A DNA stretch of 57,723 nt from Candidatus Iainarchaeum sp. (GCA_043809245.1 JAZDDZ010000004.1:1-57723); one strand, 5' to 3'; positions 17,524 to 27,803 are shown, numbered from the stretch's first letter. Notes: generated from the letters alone by a model not told the origin. Numbers and translations: made by a program.

Positions 17524-19002
17524 CTAAATTTTTTTGAACAAAACCTCGCCTTTGCGTGTGCTAAGCCCTGCCCTTAAAAGGTTGAATTTGCATTCATCCA
17601 AAGCGCCTAACTTGCAGCCCAACTGCCCAGCAATTTTTTCAGCGGTTTCAGGAATGAACGGAGAAAGCAAATTTGCAATTATCCTCAATGAATCAGCCAG
17701 CGAGTAAAGCACTGCTTCCGCTGCTTTGCCTTCCAGCTTCCAAGGCTCTTTTTCATTAACGAAAACATTGCATGATTTCACGAAAGCCATTATTTCCGCG
17801 AGCGCCAAGTGCAGTTCAAGCGCGTCCAAATGAACTTCAATTTTTTTCAAGTTCAGTTTTTTCTGCAGCGCATCATCGGTTTTCGCGGAAGGGATTTTTC
17901 CAGCGCACTTTTTTTCAAGCAAAACAATTGAGCGATTCAAGAGGTTTCCCAACTCGTTTGCCAGTTCGTTGTTGATTCTTTCCCTGAGCGATTCTTCGGA
18001 GAAGTTTCCGTCCTCGCCGAAGGGAATTTCGCGCAATAAAAAATAACGGAGCGCGTCAGTGCCGTATTGCTCCGCGAGCTTTATGGGGTCAACAACCAAG
18101 CCAGAGCTTTTGCTTAATTTTTCCCCACCCAAGTTGATGAAGCCATGCACGAAAACAGAGCGCGGGGGCTCAATGCCCGCGGAGAAAAGCATTGCGGGAA
18201 AAATGCAGCTGTGAAACCAGAGGATGTCCTTGCCAATCAAATGGATGTCAGCCGGCCAGAATTCCTTGAATTTTTTTTCAGGGAAATCCACGCCGGAAAC
18301 ATAGTTCAGAAGCGCATCGTACCACACGTACAAAAAATGTTTGGAGTCATTCGGCAAAGGAATTCCCCAAGTGAAAGATGTGCGTGAAACGCTTAAGTCC
18401 TTCAATCCCTCTTTCACGCGGTTGATTATTTCCTGCCTGCGAGTTTTAGGCAAAATGAAGTTCGGATTTTTTTCGTAAAACTCAAGCAACTGTTTCTGGT
18501 ACTTGCTCAGGCGGAAGAAATAGCTTTCCTCTTTCAAGAGTTCCGGCACGGTTTTATGGATTGGGCATTTTCCTTCAGCCAAATCTTTCTCGAGGTAAAA
18601 TGCCTCGCAGCCAGTGCAGTAAAGCCCCTCGTATTGACCCTTGTAAATGTCGCCTTTATCCAGAGATTTTTTAAAAAACTCCTGGGAAATTTCCCCGTGC
18701 CTTTTTTCAGTTGTGCGTATAAAGCGGTCGTTGGAAATGTTCAAAACTTTCACGAGCTTTTTGAATGATTCAACCTGCAAATCCACGAATTTCTGTGTCG
18801 GCAGCTTTGCCTCTTTCGCAGCCTTCTCCACTTTCTGGCCGTGCTCGTCTGTTCCCGTGAGAAAAAAAACCTTTTCCCCTTTAAAGCGGTGCCATCTAGC
18901 AATAGTGTCCGCGCAGATTTTTTCGTAAGCGTGGCCCAAATGGGGCACACTATTAGGATAATCTATTGCAGTGGTGATGTAAAACCCGTTTTTTCCAGCC
19001 AT
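17524..19002 (-). CDS. metG: Methionyl-tRNA synthetase (short form)
   Basis: ITTAIDY, HLGH, GTDEHG, Zn knuckle, YVWYDAL, KLSKS. Confidence 0.96.
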   Translation of the reverse strand: MAGKNGFYITTAIDYPNSVPHLGHAYEKICADTIARWHRFKGEKVFFLTGTDEHGQKVEKAAKEAKLPTQKFVDLQVESFKKLVKVLNISNDRFIRTTEKRHGEISQEFFKKSLDKGDIYKGQYEGLYCTGCEAFYLEKDLAEGKCPIHKTVPELLKEESYFFRLSKYQKQLLEFYEKNPNFILPKTRRQEIINRVKEGLKDLSVSRTSFTWGIPLPNDSKHFLYVWYDALLNYVSGVDFPEKKFKEFWPADIHLIGKDILWFHSCIFPAMLFSAGIEPPRSVFVHGFINLGGEKLSKSSGLVVDPIKLAEQYGTDALRYFLLREIPFGEDGNFSEESLRERINNELANELGNLLNRSIVLLEKKCAGKIPSAKTDDALQKKLNLKKIEVHLDALELHLALAEIMAFVKSCNVFVNEKEPWKLEGKAAEAVLYSLADSLRIIANLLSPFIPETAEKIAGQLGCKLGALDECKFNLLRAGLSTRKGEVLFKKI

Positions 19003-19055
19003 ACATAAAAAGTGAACTGGAAAGATTTAAAAGACGTTTAAATATCCCTTTAACG

Positions 19056-19682
19056 ATGCTGCAGTTTTTTTTGTTTGCATTCGCTTCCCTGTTCGCAATA
19101 GTTGACCCGATTGCGAATATTCCGCTTTACAATTCTTTGCTTGAAAGGTTTGCGGAAAAAGAAAAAATGGAGATAATCCGAAAAGCGGTTTTAATTGCCT
19201 TGCTTGTTCTGCTGGTCTTCGCTTTTGCAGGCAACTACATTTTTGCGTTAATGCGCATCTCCATGTACTCGTTCATGATTGCAGGCGGCATTCTCTTGTT
19301 CATTATTTCCATTGAAATGCTCTTCGGGTTAAGGACTAGGACAGAGACAAGCAGTGAAGAGCAGAGAAGCGCAATGGACAAGGAAAACATTGCAGTGACC
19401 CCTCTTGCAGTGCCCTTGCTTACAGGACCCGGGGCGATTACAACCGCAATGGTTGTGTTCAGCCAGGCGAAAACACCAGCGCTTGCAGGCGAATTCCTCA
19501 TTGCAGCAATAGGAGTTTTCCTCATCAGCTACGTCATTCTCTTAAGGGGAAGAAAAGTATTCAGCTTATTGGGCACCACTGGCAGCAAAACCATTACAAG
19601 AATAATGGGCCTTCTTTTGGCGGCGATTGCCGTGGAATTCGTTTTAAACGGAGTAAGCCAGGCGGCGATGGTGCTGTTCTGA
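19056..19682 (+). CDS. MarC-family integral membrane protein
   Basis: DP, AGGILL, PLAVPLLTGPGAI, RIMGLLLAAIAV. Confidence 0.93.
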   Translation: MLQFFLFAFASLFAIVDPIANIPLYNSLLERFAEKEKMEIIRKAVLIALLVLLVFAFAGNYIFALMRISMYSFMIAGGILLFIISIEMLFGLRTRTETSSEEQRSAMDKENIAVTPLAVPLLTGPGAITTAMVVFSQAKTPALAGEFLIAAIGVFLISYVILLRGRKVFSLLGTTGSKTITRIMGLLLAAIAVEFVLNGVSQAAMVLF

Positions 19683-19830
19683 AAGTTGCGTTACAATGTA
19701 TATCTATTTCCAATGGAATTCAGCAAAGCAAGTTAGTTTCCCTGTATTTTTCCGGCAAACATTATATGGCACAAGGCGATAAAGAGCTGGGCTGCAAACA
19801 AATTTATACACCTACGCGGCTAGTTATTTC

Positions 19831-20597
19831 ATGCCAAAAAGCAAGGAAGGCACTGTGCTTATAGGCACGGTTCACTGGGGAGAAGAGAATGCCCAAAAAG
19901 TTATTGAAGCATTAAAAAGAGAGGGAATAAAAAGAGGCGACACGGTTTTTCTGGAAGGCTACCCAACAGAGATGAAAATTGATAAGGCTGCAGTTGAAAA
20001 AAAACAGAAAATGAAACATTAAGGGAATTCAAAAGTAGAGTTGAAGAATTCAAGAAAAAGTACAATTACCGCCCCCCAAATAAATTCACTGATGGGCACA
20101 CTGAATTAGACTTTGAATTTAAGCGCCTTGTTAGCGTGTTAGAACAGCACGAGTTTATATTCTCACTGCATAGGTTTTTCCACGAAAAAGGAATAAATGT
20201 AAAGCCTTTGGATACCGATTCAATAAAACGGCGAATTTTTTTCAGCCCATTGGCTAAAGGCGCCTCCGCTATGGCGAGAAAGAAGTATAAACTCAACCCG
20301 TTTTTTTTGGGCCCTGTAAGGGAAAAGGCATGGGCAAAAAAAATTAATCATGAAAAACCAGGCTTTGTTATAACCGGCGAGCTCCACAGGAAATCTATGA
20401 TGCGAAGAATAAAATTCCGAACTGCCATAAAAGTAATGCATAGGCCGCCAAACATGCCTTTTTTTATATTTCACATAGGCGCGCCTATAGCAGCAGCCAC
20501 ATCCAATTTAAGAAGGGCGCAGTACAAGCTCCATGAAATAAGGGGGAAAATAAGGCGCAGAAGAAAAGGACTAAAGCCGTATGCTCCCCCTAGGTGA
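19831..20597 (+). pseudogene. Frameshifted TraB/TIKI-like orphan gene (A8 tract 19997-20004)
   Basis: LIGTVH and VFLE in ORF1, RE and GELH in ORF2; one extra A in the A8 run fuses them into ~255 aa. Confidence 0.65.
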
Positions 20598-20871
20598 AAA
20601 ATGCTTCAATTAGTAAGGGCAACAAAATAACGTGTAATTAAAAAAATTCCTTTGGTTCGCTTTCCTAACTGCAAACGAATAATAAATTTTAAGGGGTAAT
20701 ATGTAAAGGAAAAATTCTTCGGAGTTTTTCCTATTTACTCCCATTACTGTTTTTAACTCCCGATGCGATTGCCTTGGCAGCCGGCTATTTTGCATTTGGC
20801 ACCGGCAGTGCACTGTCTGGAAAGGCTTTAAAGCGCGAAAAACGCAATTATTAGGGAAAACGGGGTTTTTT

Positions 20872-22998
20872 TTGGTGGCGGAAAAAGGAAGGGAGTCTGT
20901 TGTAGAGGAAATGGAGAAAGAGGGCTCAGACAACCCATTTGTTTCAAAGTTTGAGTCTTTCTTCAAGCAAACGCAGATGAAGCCCATTGAAAGGCTTGTT
21001 GAAAAATACCCCGAAAAGAGAAGCCTGTTTGTTGACTTCACGGAATTAGAGCACTTTGACTACGAGTTAGCCGATGAACTGCTTGAAAACCCGGATTACG
21101 TTTTAGAGGCAGCTGAGACAGCAATTCAGCGCATTGACGTTCCCGCATTGGATGTGGAGGAATTCAAGCCGCATGTAAGGTTTTTCGGGGTTCCAAAAGA
21201 GCATCGGCCTTTTTTGCGCGACATTGGCGCAGCGCACATCGGAAAACTGATTACAATTGAAGGGGTAATAAAGCAAATCACTGAAGTGATGCCGAAGTTA
21301 AAGGTTGCAACATGGGAGTGCAGGCGCTGCGGCAACAAATACACCACTTATCAGTCCTCGCAGCAGATTAAGTCGCCTTCAATGTGCCAATGCAAGCACC
21401 GCGATTTTGCATTGGTGACAGAGAGCTCGACTTTTGTGGATTTTCAAAAAATCCAGATTCAGGAGCCCATTGAATTGCTGAAGGGCTCTGAGCAGCCGAC
21501 AAACGTTGACATTCATGTAACCGATGATTTGGTTAACAAGGTTGCGCCGGGAGACAAGATAAACATTACGGGCGTTATCAGGCTTTACCCTCCAAAGGAA
21601 AAGAAAATAGTTTACGGAAGGTTTTTGGAAGCGATTCACTTGGAGGAAACCGCAAGGGAATTCGAGGAAGTTGAAATTTCAAAGGAAGAGGAAGCCGAAA
21701 TAAGGGAGCTTTCAAAGGACAAAAAAGTTTACGACATGCTCACGCAAAGCCTTGCCCCCGCAATTTACGGCCATGAAACAGTCAAGGAAGCAATCGTGCT
21801 GCAGTTGTTTGGCGGAGTAAGAAAAGTTTTGCCCGAGGAAACAAAAATCAGGGGAAACATTCACGTATTGCTTGTGGGGGATCCGGGAGCGGCCAAATCG
21901 ATGCTACTTTTGGCAACAAATCGCATTGCGCCGAAATCAATTTACGTTGCGGGAAAAAGCGCTTCAGGCGCGGGAATCTCGGCAACCGCGGTAAAAGATG
22001 AATTCGGCGAAGGCGGCTGGACAATAAAGGCTGGAGCGCTTGTGCTTGCATCCGGCGGTCTGGCTGCAATTGATGAATTTGACAAAATGGAGCCCGACGA
22101 CAGGAGCGCAATGCATGAAGCGCTCGAGCAACAAACCGTCAGTGTAGCCAAGGCTGGAATTGTAACGCAGTTCAAAACCGAGACAAGCATTTTGGCCGCG
22201 GCAAACCCGAAGTTTTCGCGCTTTGACCCTTACTCTCCTTTCATGCAGCAAGTGAACCTTCCCGCTTCATTGATTTCAAGGTTTGACTTGTTCTTCATGA
22301 TTAGGGATGTTTTGGACAGGAAAAAAGACGAGGAAATCGCGGCGCACATTCTTAACACGCATCATGTGGGTGAAATGATTTCACAGAGAAAAAGCGGTGG
22401 AAAAAACGTGAAAGAAAAAGATTTGGTGGATGCGGAAAAACTCGTTCACTCTCCAATCAGGCCGCATTTGTTCAAGAAATACATTTCTTTTGCAAGGCAA
22501 AAAATTTTTCCTGCGTTAAGCAAGGAAGCCATAACTGCTATTTCTGACTTTTACGTTAACTTAAGGGAACAGGGAAGAAAGGAAGGCGCTTACAGTGCAA
22601 CGCACAGGCAGCTTGAAGGCTTGGTGAGGTTAAGTGAGGCAAGCGCGCGCGTAAGGCTAAGCGACACGGTAACCAAAGATGACGCTGAACGAGCGATAAG
22701 GCTTGTTAGGGCTTCACTGCAGGACGTTGTAACAGACCCATCCACTGGAAAAATTGACATTGACATTATAACCTCGGGGCAAACGCACACGCAATTGAAT
22801 GCAATCCGAAACATTTACGCAATCATCAAGGGAAAGGCAGTGGAAATGGATATGGTGCCCGAAGAAGATGTTTTAGCTGAAGCCAAAACACAGGGCATTG
22901 AAGAAGAAAAGGCAAGGGAAGCACTGCAAAAGCTTGAGAAAGTCGGGGACATTTACAAGCCAAGGCACGGTTTCGTTAAGCCCACGCAGAAAAAATGA
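20872..22998 (+). CDS. mcm: Replicative helicase MCM
   Basis: Zn finger, GDPGAAKS, IDEFDKM, AAANP, SRFD, RQLE, C-terminal wHTH. Confidence 0.97.
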   Translation: MVAEKGRESVVEEMEKEGSDNPFVSKFESFFKQTQMKPIERLVEKYPEKRSLFVDFTELEHFDYELADELLENPDYVLEAAETAIQRIDVPALDVEEFKPHVRFFGVPKEHRPFLRDIGAAHIGKLITIEGVIKQITEVMPKLKVATWECRRCGNKYTTYQSSQQIKSPSMCQCKHRDFALVTESSTFVDFQKIQIQEPIELLKGSEQPTNVDIHVTDDLVNKVAPGDKINITGVIRLYPPKEKKIVYGRFLEAIHLEETAREFEEVEISKEEEAEIRELSKDKKVYDMLTQSLAPAIYGHETVKEAIVLQLFGGVRKVLPEETKIRGNIHVLLVGDPGAAKSMLLLATNRIAPKSIYVAGKSASGAGISATAVKDEFGEGGWTIKAGALVLASGGLAAIDEFDKMEPDDRSAMHEALEQQTVSVAKAGIVTQFKTETSILAAANPKFSRFDPYSPFMQQVNLPASLISRFDLFFMIRDVLDRKKDEEIAAHILNTHHVGEMISQRKSGGKNVKEKDLVDAEKLVHSPIRPHLFKKYISFARQKIFPALSKEAITAISDFYVNLREQGRKEGAYSATHRQLEGLVRLSEASARVRLSDTVTKDDAERAIRLVRASLQDVVTDPSTGKIDIDIITSGQTHTQLNAIRNIYAIIKGKAVEMDMVPEEDVLAEAKTQGIEEEKAREALQKLEKVGDIYKPRHGFVKPTQKK

Positions 22999-23042
22999 CA
23001 AAATAGCTGCTTTTTTTAATTAATTGCCCTATTTTTTATTTC

Positions 23043-23993
23043 ATGGACAAGCAGCTTTTGTCATACCTTGTGATTCTTTTCCTCGCCACGCAGTTGATTG
23101 GCTTGTTTGTTGGCAACGAATGGATTAAGGCAATTGAATTGCAGCCAGAGTTAAGGCCCACGATTGTAAACGACAACCCGGAAGACATAAGCAATTCAAT
23201 TGGATTGATTGTCTACATTCTTTCCTTCACCGCGGGAATGCTTATCGCTATAAAATTGTTCAAGAAAAAAACTTTCTGGATTTTCAAGCTATTGGAATCG
23301 CTTGCTGTTCTTGGGGCTTCATGGATTGTGTTTGTCACAGTAATGCCTTTGGAGCTTGCGACAACGCTTTCACTGCTTTTGATTCTTGCACGGTTCATTT
23401 TCGCAAAAAACCTTTTGCTGAGGAACATCGCAACCATCCTTTCTGTTTCAGGCGCGGGAGCATTCATTGGAATCTCGTTGGGCGTTATTCCTGTTCTTGT
23501 GTTCGCAGTGCTTTTGGCGGTGTACGATTACATTGCGGTGTTCAAGACAAAGCACATGGTCACTTTGGCGAAAAACATTGTCGGGAAAAACCTTGCCTTC
23601 ACTTTCGGGCTTCCCTCAGGAGTGCAGGAAAAAGAAGGCAAAATGGAATTAATTGAAAAAGAAGAGCCTGCAATGGAAGCAAAGGCCTGGCCGAAAAAAG
23701 AACTGCAAACAGTAACGCAAAAAAAAGGGCAATTCCACTTGTTTGAATTGGGCGCAGGGGACATGGTTATCCCGCTTGTGTTTGCCGTTAGCGTTTTAGG
23801 TGAAGCGAAACTCGCGCACGCATTCCCTATTTACTGGATTTCACCCGCATTGATTCTTTTGGCTTCGCTGATTGGCTTGATTGCGACAATGGTGATTGCC
23901 GAGAGAAAAATCGGAAGGGCTTTGCCAGCGCTGCCCTTGCAGACCGCGTTAATGGTTTTGGTTTGGCTTGGATTGGCAGCGATTGGTTTCTGA
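23043..23993 (+). CDS. Presenilin/SPP-family intramembrane aspartyl protease
   Basis: YD, LGAGD and PALP motifs in a polytopic membrane protein. Confidence 0.92.
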   Translation: MDKQLLSYLVILFLATQLIGLFVGNEWIKAIELQPELRPTIVNDNPEDISNSIGLIVYILSFTAGMLIAIKLFKKKTFWIFKLLESLAVLGASWIVFVTVMPLELATTLSLLLILARFIFAKNLLLRNIATILSVSGAGAFIGISLGVIPVLVFAVLLAVYDYIAVFKTKHMVTLAKNIVGKNLAFTFGLPSGVQEKEGKMELIEKEEPAMEAKAWPKKELQTVTQKKGQFHLFELGAGDMVIPLVFAVSVLGEAKLAHAFPIYWISPALILLASLIGLIATMVIAERKIGRALPALPLQTALMVLVWLGLAAIGF

Positions 23994-24048
23994 CTGCTTT
24001 TTGCCTAACGGCTCAATTTAAAACAATTTTTTGGCAATTTTTCAATTA

Positions 24049-24795
24049 ATGGCTAGGCAAAAACCGAAAAGGATTCTTTTAACACACGAATGGGGCAGCA
24101 TAGCCGATGCCTTTAAAGAAATCATACAAGAAACATTTCCAGGAGCACACGTAGATACTGCTGCTAACGCTAATGAGGTAAGGAAACTTACGCAAAAAAA
24201 TCCGTACGACGTAATATTTTTGAACCAGGTATCTCCTCCAAAAACAGGCATTGAAATAAACCCAAAAAATATTCAATTAAGTTACGAGCTTCTTGTGCTT
24301 GTCAGGAAAAGAAATCCTTTTGCAAGCATTGGTTTTCTTGAGGGTTACGGAGGGGTAGCGGAAACTGTCAAAGGAATTGATTTTTACATTAATTACCGCG
24401 GCAGAGCTGAGGCCGCACGGAAAGAGATTTTACGAATTATCCATAAGCACAAGCCATCGCCAGTTCCAAAGCCCCTTCCCTCCAAGGAGGATTTTCACGC
24501 AGTTTCATTGCATAAAGTTCCGCCATCGCAAAGAGAACTTTATGCAGCAATTCAAGCAACAAAAGACCCAAACCTGCCCATGGAACAAAGAATTCAGGCT
24601 GGGTTGCTAATTGAAGCGCACAAATTGGAATCGGGTATTTTCGCCGGTGAAATTCCGAAAAAAGAGTTTTCGGAGGCTTTTGCACGTTTAGAAAGGATAA
24701 AAGAAAGGTTATCAGGGAAACCTGTCCCTATTAGGCGGGTTCCAGATGGCTTTGGTTCAACAAAAAAAAGAAAGCCGCCAGAACACCTAAAGTAA
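24049..24795 (+). CDS. Orphan protein with degenerate receiver-like N-terminal domain
   Basis: RILL.....IA..FKEII...VDTA.N..E....YDVIFLN pattern; expected phospho-Asp appears replaced by Asn. Confidence 0.55.
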   Translation: MARQKPKRILLTHEWGSIADAFKEIIQETFPGAHVDTAANANEVRKLTQKNPYDVIFLNQVSPPKTGIEINPKNIQLSYELLVLVRKRNPFASIGFLEGYGGVAETVKGIDFYINYRGRAEAARKEILRIIHKHKPSPVPKPLPSKEDFHAVSLHKVPPSQRELYAAIQATKDPNLPMEQRIQAGLLIEAHKLESGIFAGEIPKKEFSEAFARLERIKERLSGKPVPIRRVPDGFGSTKKRKPPEHLK

Positions 24796-24800
24796 GTAAT

Positions 24801-25439
24801 TCACGCGCCGTGCAGAAAGTATGCCTTAATCAATCCGATGCCGAACATTCCCGCATAACAGATTATGATGTAGCGCAGGGTTTTTCCGAATAGCGCTGCC
24901 AGAAAGAATTTTTTGTAATCGAATTTCATCATTCCCGCGGCAATGCCAATCAGGTCAAAGGGAAAGGGAGTCATTGTTGCAAGGAAAACGAATAACGCGC
25001 CCTTGTCCTCCAGCCTTAACCTTAACTCGTTCAGGGTGCCTGATTCTTTTTTTCTTTTCTCTTCAAGCGCTTTTGCGCCGAGCGCGCCGATTAAATAGGA
25101 GTTCATTTCCCCAATTGATGCGCCTACTCCCCCGAAGATTCCGATGAGAAGCGGTGCGAAAATGTTTGAAGTGCTTAAGCCGACTATTTCCGGTGCGCCG
25201 CCCAAAAAGAAAACAAATAAGTCAATTGGAATCGGGAAAAGAATTGTGGCGTTTGCGAGGATTGACGCGACGAACAAGCCGATTAATCCGTAATCCCTTG
25301 CAATGTCGTTTAACGCGTTTGGGTCGCTTAAAAAAATCGCACCCAAAACAATTATTATGAGCACGGCAATGCCTATTCCTGAAATCAATCCGAATTTTTC
25401 CGCAAAAGTTTCAGCTGATTTCTGCGCCCATTTCGCCAT
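24801..25439 (-). CDS. VTT/DedA (SNARE-associated Golgi family) membrane protein
   Basis: FPIP, GASIGE..SY.IG, TPFPFDL..IAAG, GKTLRY. Confidence 0.88.
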   Translation of the reverse strand: MAKWAQKSAETFAEKFGLISGIGIAVLIIIVLGAIFLSDPNALNDIARDYGLIGLFVASILANATILFPIPIDLFVFFLGGAPEIVGLSTSNIFAPLLIGIFGGVGASIGEMNSYLIGALGAKALEEKRKKESGTLNELRLRLEDKGALFVFLATMTPFPFDLIGIAAGMMKFDYKKFFLAALFGKTLRYIIICYAGMFGIGLIKAYFLHGA

Positions 25440-25585
25440 TGCACCGCCTTAAAGGAATAGCTTGAAGGCATTATTATATGTTTCTTCCATGAGAAGAAGA
25501 AAGGCAGTGGAAAAATTGAGTAAATTTACAGGAAGGAAGGGATTCTGATTACCTTGCAAAGCAAAGATTTAGAAAAAATATATAG

Positions 25586-25644
25586 AGGAGAGGGGTCAGG
25601 ATTAACATAAAACTGGGGGAGAACCTTGGGTTCTCCCGCGGTTT
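25586..25644 (+). repeat. Conserved hairpin element, copy 2
   Basis: AGGAGAGGGGTCAGGA-N8-AAACTGGGGG-AGAACCTTGGGTTCT-CCCGCGGTTT. Confidence 0.8.
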
Positions 25645-25685
25645 TGCGCGGAAACAATTATAAACTTCCAGGGCAGTATTTTGTT

Positions 25686-26444
25686 ATGTTCATTCCGCAG
25701 CTTTTTGTGTTTGGTTTGGGCGCGCTCGGTTTCGGCGGGTTTATTTTTTTCAAGGGCTTCGGCTGGATGAAGCAGAAAAGGCTCATTGAAAACACGCCGA
25801 CCTCAAAAGTGCGCTCAATTGCAATGGGGCAGGTTGAAGTGTTCGGTGAAGCGATTGCAAATGAAAACCGCCTGATAAAAAGCCCACTTTCAAACAGCGA
25901 CTGCGTTTACTACAAGTATTCGGTAATGGAGCACCGCGGCTCGGGCAAAAACAGCAGGTGGGTGGTTGTAAAGAAAGGCGAGGAAAGGGCTCATTTTTAC
26001 CTGAAGGATGAAACTGGCTTGGTTCTTGTAGATCCCGCGGATGCGGAGATTGATATTCCCGCGGATTTCCAATTTGATTCCTCTTGGGGCAAGGACCCCC
26101 CTGAAACAGTGAAGAATTTCCTCAGGGCAAACAATCTAAGCTTTGAGGGCTGGCTTGGGATAAACAAGCGCATGCACTACACCGAATTCTTCATTGCGCC
26201 AGGCGACAGGCTTTACATCATGGGCTCTGCAGGCGACAACCCTTTTGTTGAAGAGGGAGCCGGGGAAAAAAACGAGGCAGACATAATGCTTCAGAAAGGC
26301 GCGGGGGCTTACCTTATTTCGGATAAAAGCGAAAAAGAGGTATTGCAAAAATTTTTTTTGAAAACAGTCGGCGGCCTTTTGGGCGGCACGGCACTAATAA
26401 TAATAGGCCTTTTAATTGTTTTCGCAAACATTGGAATACTGTAA
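25686..26444 (+). CDS. GIDE-domain membrane protein
   Basis: TM-'RLIENTPTSKVRS.A.G.VE..G'-SPLS..CVYY-F.L.D.TG-TM; upstream of lemA. Confidence 0.8.
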   Translation: MFIPQLFVFGLGALGFGGFIFFKGFGWMKQKRLIENTPTSKVRSIAMGQVEVFGEAIANENRLIKSPLSNSDCVYYKYSVMEHRGSGKNSRWVVVKKGEERAHFYLKDETGLVLVDPADAEIDIPADFQFDSSWGKDPPETVKNFLRANNLSFEGWLGINKRMHYTEFFIAPGDRLYIMGSAGDNPFVEEGAGEKNEADIMLQKGAGAYLISDKSEKEVLQKFFLKTVGGLLGGTALIIIGLLIVFANIGIL

Positions 26445-26456
26445 GGGTGCAGAAAA

Positions 26457-27026
26457 ATGGCTTTGGGAATGGAAATAGTAATCGGCGCCGCGGTTGTGCT
26501 GTTCCTCGCGATTGTAATCGGCTATATCATGATTATTTTCAACAGCCTAATCAGCCTGAAGAACAACATTGACAGGTCCTGGGCGAACATTGATGTTTTA
26601 TTGAAGCAGAGGACAGACGAGCTGCCAAATCTTGTTGAAACAGTGAAGGGCTATATGAAGCACGAAAGGGAAGTGCTTGAAAATGTAACAAAAGCCAGGG
26701 CAGCCATTATGCATGCGCAAACCGTCGGAGAAAAAGCCGAAGCGGACAACCTGATCTCAGAAGCGTTGAAAACAATTTTCGCTGTAGCCGAAAAATACCC
26801 CAACCTAAAGGCAAACGAAAACTTCCTCAAGCTGCAGGCAAGGATCAGCGGATTGGAAAACGAGATAGCCGACAGGAGGGAATTCTACAATGATTCCGTC
26901 ACAAACTATAACATCAGGATTGAATCAGTTCCAGACCTTATTGTTGCGGGGTTGATGAAGTTCCAGATAAGGGAATTGTTCAAGATTGGCGAAGATGAAA
27001 AGCAGCCTGTAAAAGTCGCATTCTGA
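26457..27026 (+). CDS. lemA: LemA-family protein
   Basis: WANIDVLLKQR.D.LPNLV, AVAEKYPNLKAN. Confidence 0.95.
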   Translation: MALGMEIVIGAAVVLFLAIVIGYIMIIFNSLISLKNNIDRSWANIDVLLKQRTDELPNLVETVKGYMKHEREVLENVTKARAAIMHAQTVGEKAEADNLISEALKTIFAVAEKYPNLKANENFLKLQARISGLENEIADRREFYNDSVTNYNIRIESVPDLIVAGLMKFQIRELFKIGEDEKQPVKVAF

Positions 27027-27092
27027 TTTTGCTCAAAGCCTTAACCTATAGGTATTTATTTGTTCTACAGCCAAATTGTTTTAGGGAAGCAA

Positions 27093-27497
27093 ATGGAATA
27101 CGAAAAAATGCTTGACAGGGCTTATGCGTTGCTGCCAAAAGAGGCGCTGGCAAAGGAAAGGTTTGAAATGCCGAGAGTCGAGGCGTTCATTCAGGGAAAC
27201 AAGACAATCATCAGGAATTTCGGGCAAATAGTTAAGGCATTGAACCGCGAGGAAAGGCACATCATCAAATTCATCACGAATGAAACCGCTGCCCCTGCAA
27301 CGTTAAGCGATGGAAAGGTGACGATTAACTCGAAGTTTTCGCAGCAGCAGGTTGTAAAGCTGTTTGACAACTATTTGAACCAGTATGTTTTATGCCATGA
27401 GTGCGGAAAGCCTGACACGCGGTTCATTGAACAGCACGGCGTGAAAGTGTTGAAGTGCGATGCATGCGGCGCGACAAAGCCCGTAAAAAGGCTTTAA
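27093..27497 (+). CDS. eif2b: Translation initiation factor aIF2 beta
   Basis: YEKMLDRAY, ERFEMP, YVLCHECGKPDT, CDACGA. Confidence 0.95.
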   Translation: MEYEKMLDRAYALLPKEALAKERFEMPRVEAFIQGNKTIIRNFGQIVKALNREERHIIKFITNETAAPATLSDGKVTINSKFSQQQVVKLFDNYLNQYVLCHECGKPDTRFIEQHGVKVLKCDACGATKPVKRL

Positions 27498-27500
27498 CGA

Positions 27501-27803
27501 GTGATGCTTTTGTACGGTAAAATGCATAAAGCACAGGGATTAACTGTTTTCGCGTGCTGTGAAAAAGAGCTTCTTGGAAAAACACTGGAAGACGAAAAAT
27601 TTCGGGTAAAGATAAGCGAGTCCTTTTTTGGCGGAAAAGAAATGGGTGAAGAAAAGGTCAGGCGAATGCTTCACGAAGCCGATTCCGCAAATCTTTTCGG
27701 GGAAACCCCTGTAAGGATTGCATTAGAGAAAAAAATCGCCGGAGAAAGGGATGTAATAAAAATAAAAGGAGTACCGCACCTCCAGATATATAGGTTAAGG
27801 TAA
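27501..27803 (+). CDS. DUF424-family protein
   Basis: ACCEKELLGK, FFGG, ANLFG, GVPHLQ; canonical neighbour of aIF2 beta. Confidence 0.85.
   Translation: MMLLYGKMHKAQGLTVFACCEKELLGKTLEDEKFRVKISESFFGGKEMGEEKVRRMLHEADSANLFGETPVRIALEKKIAGERDVIKIKGVPHLQIYRLR

Noticed and set aside
19708-19718. TTCCAATGGAA, resembling an ORB core, about 1.1 kb from mcm
   Set aside because: Single copy, no G-string and no cdc6/orc1 in the window; not enough to call an origin
20694-20853. Hydrophobic open frame upstream of mcm (…LLPLLFLTPDAIALAAGYFAFG…)
   Set aside because: No convincing start codon or family motif; at most a remnant
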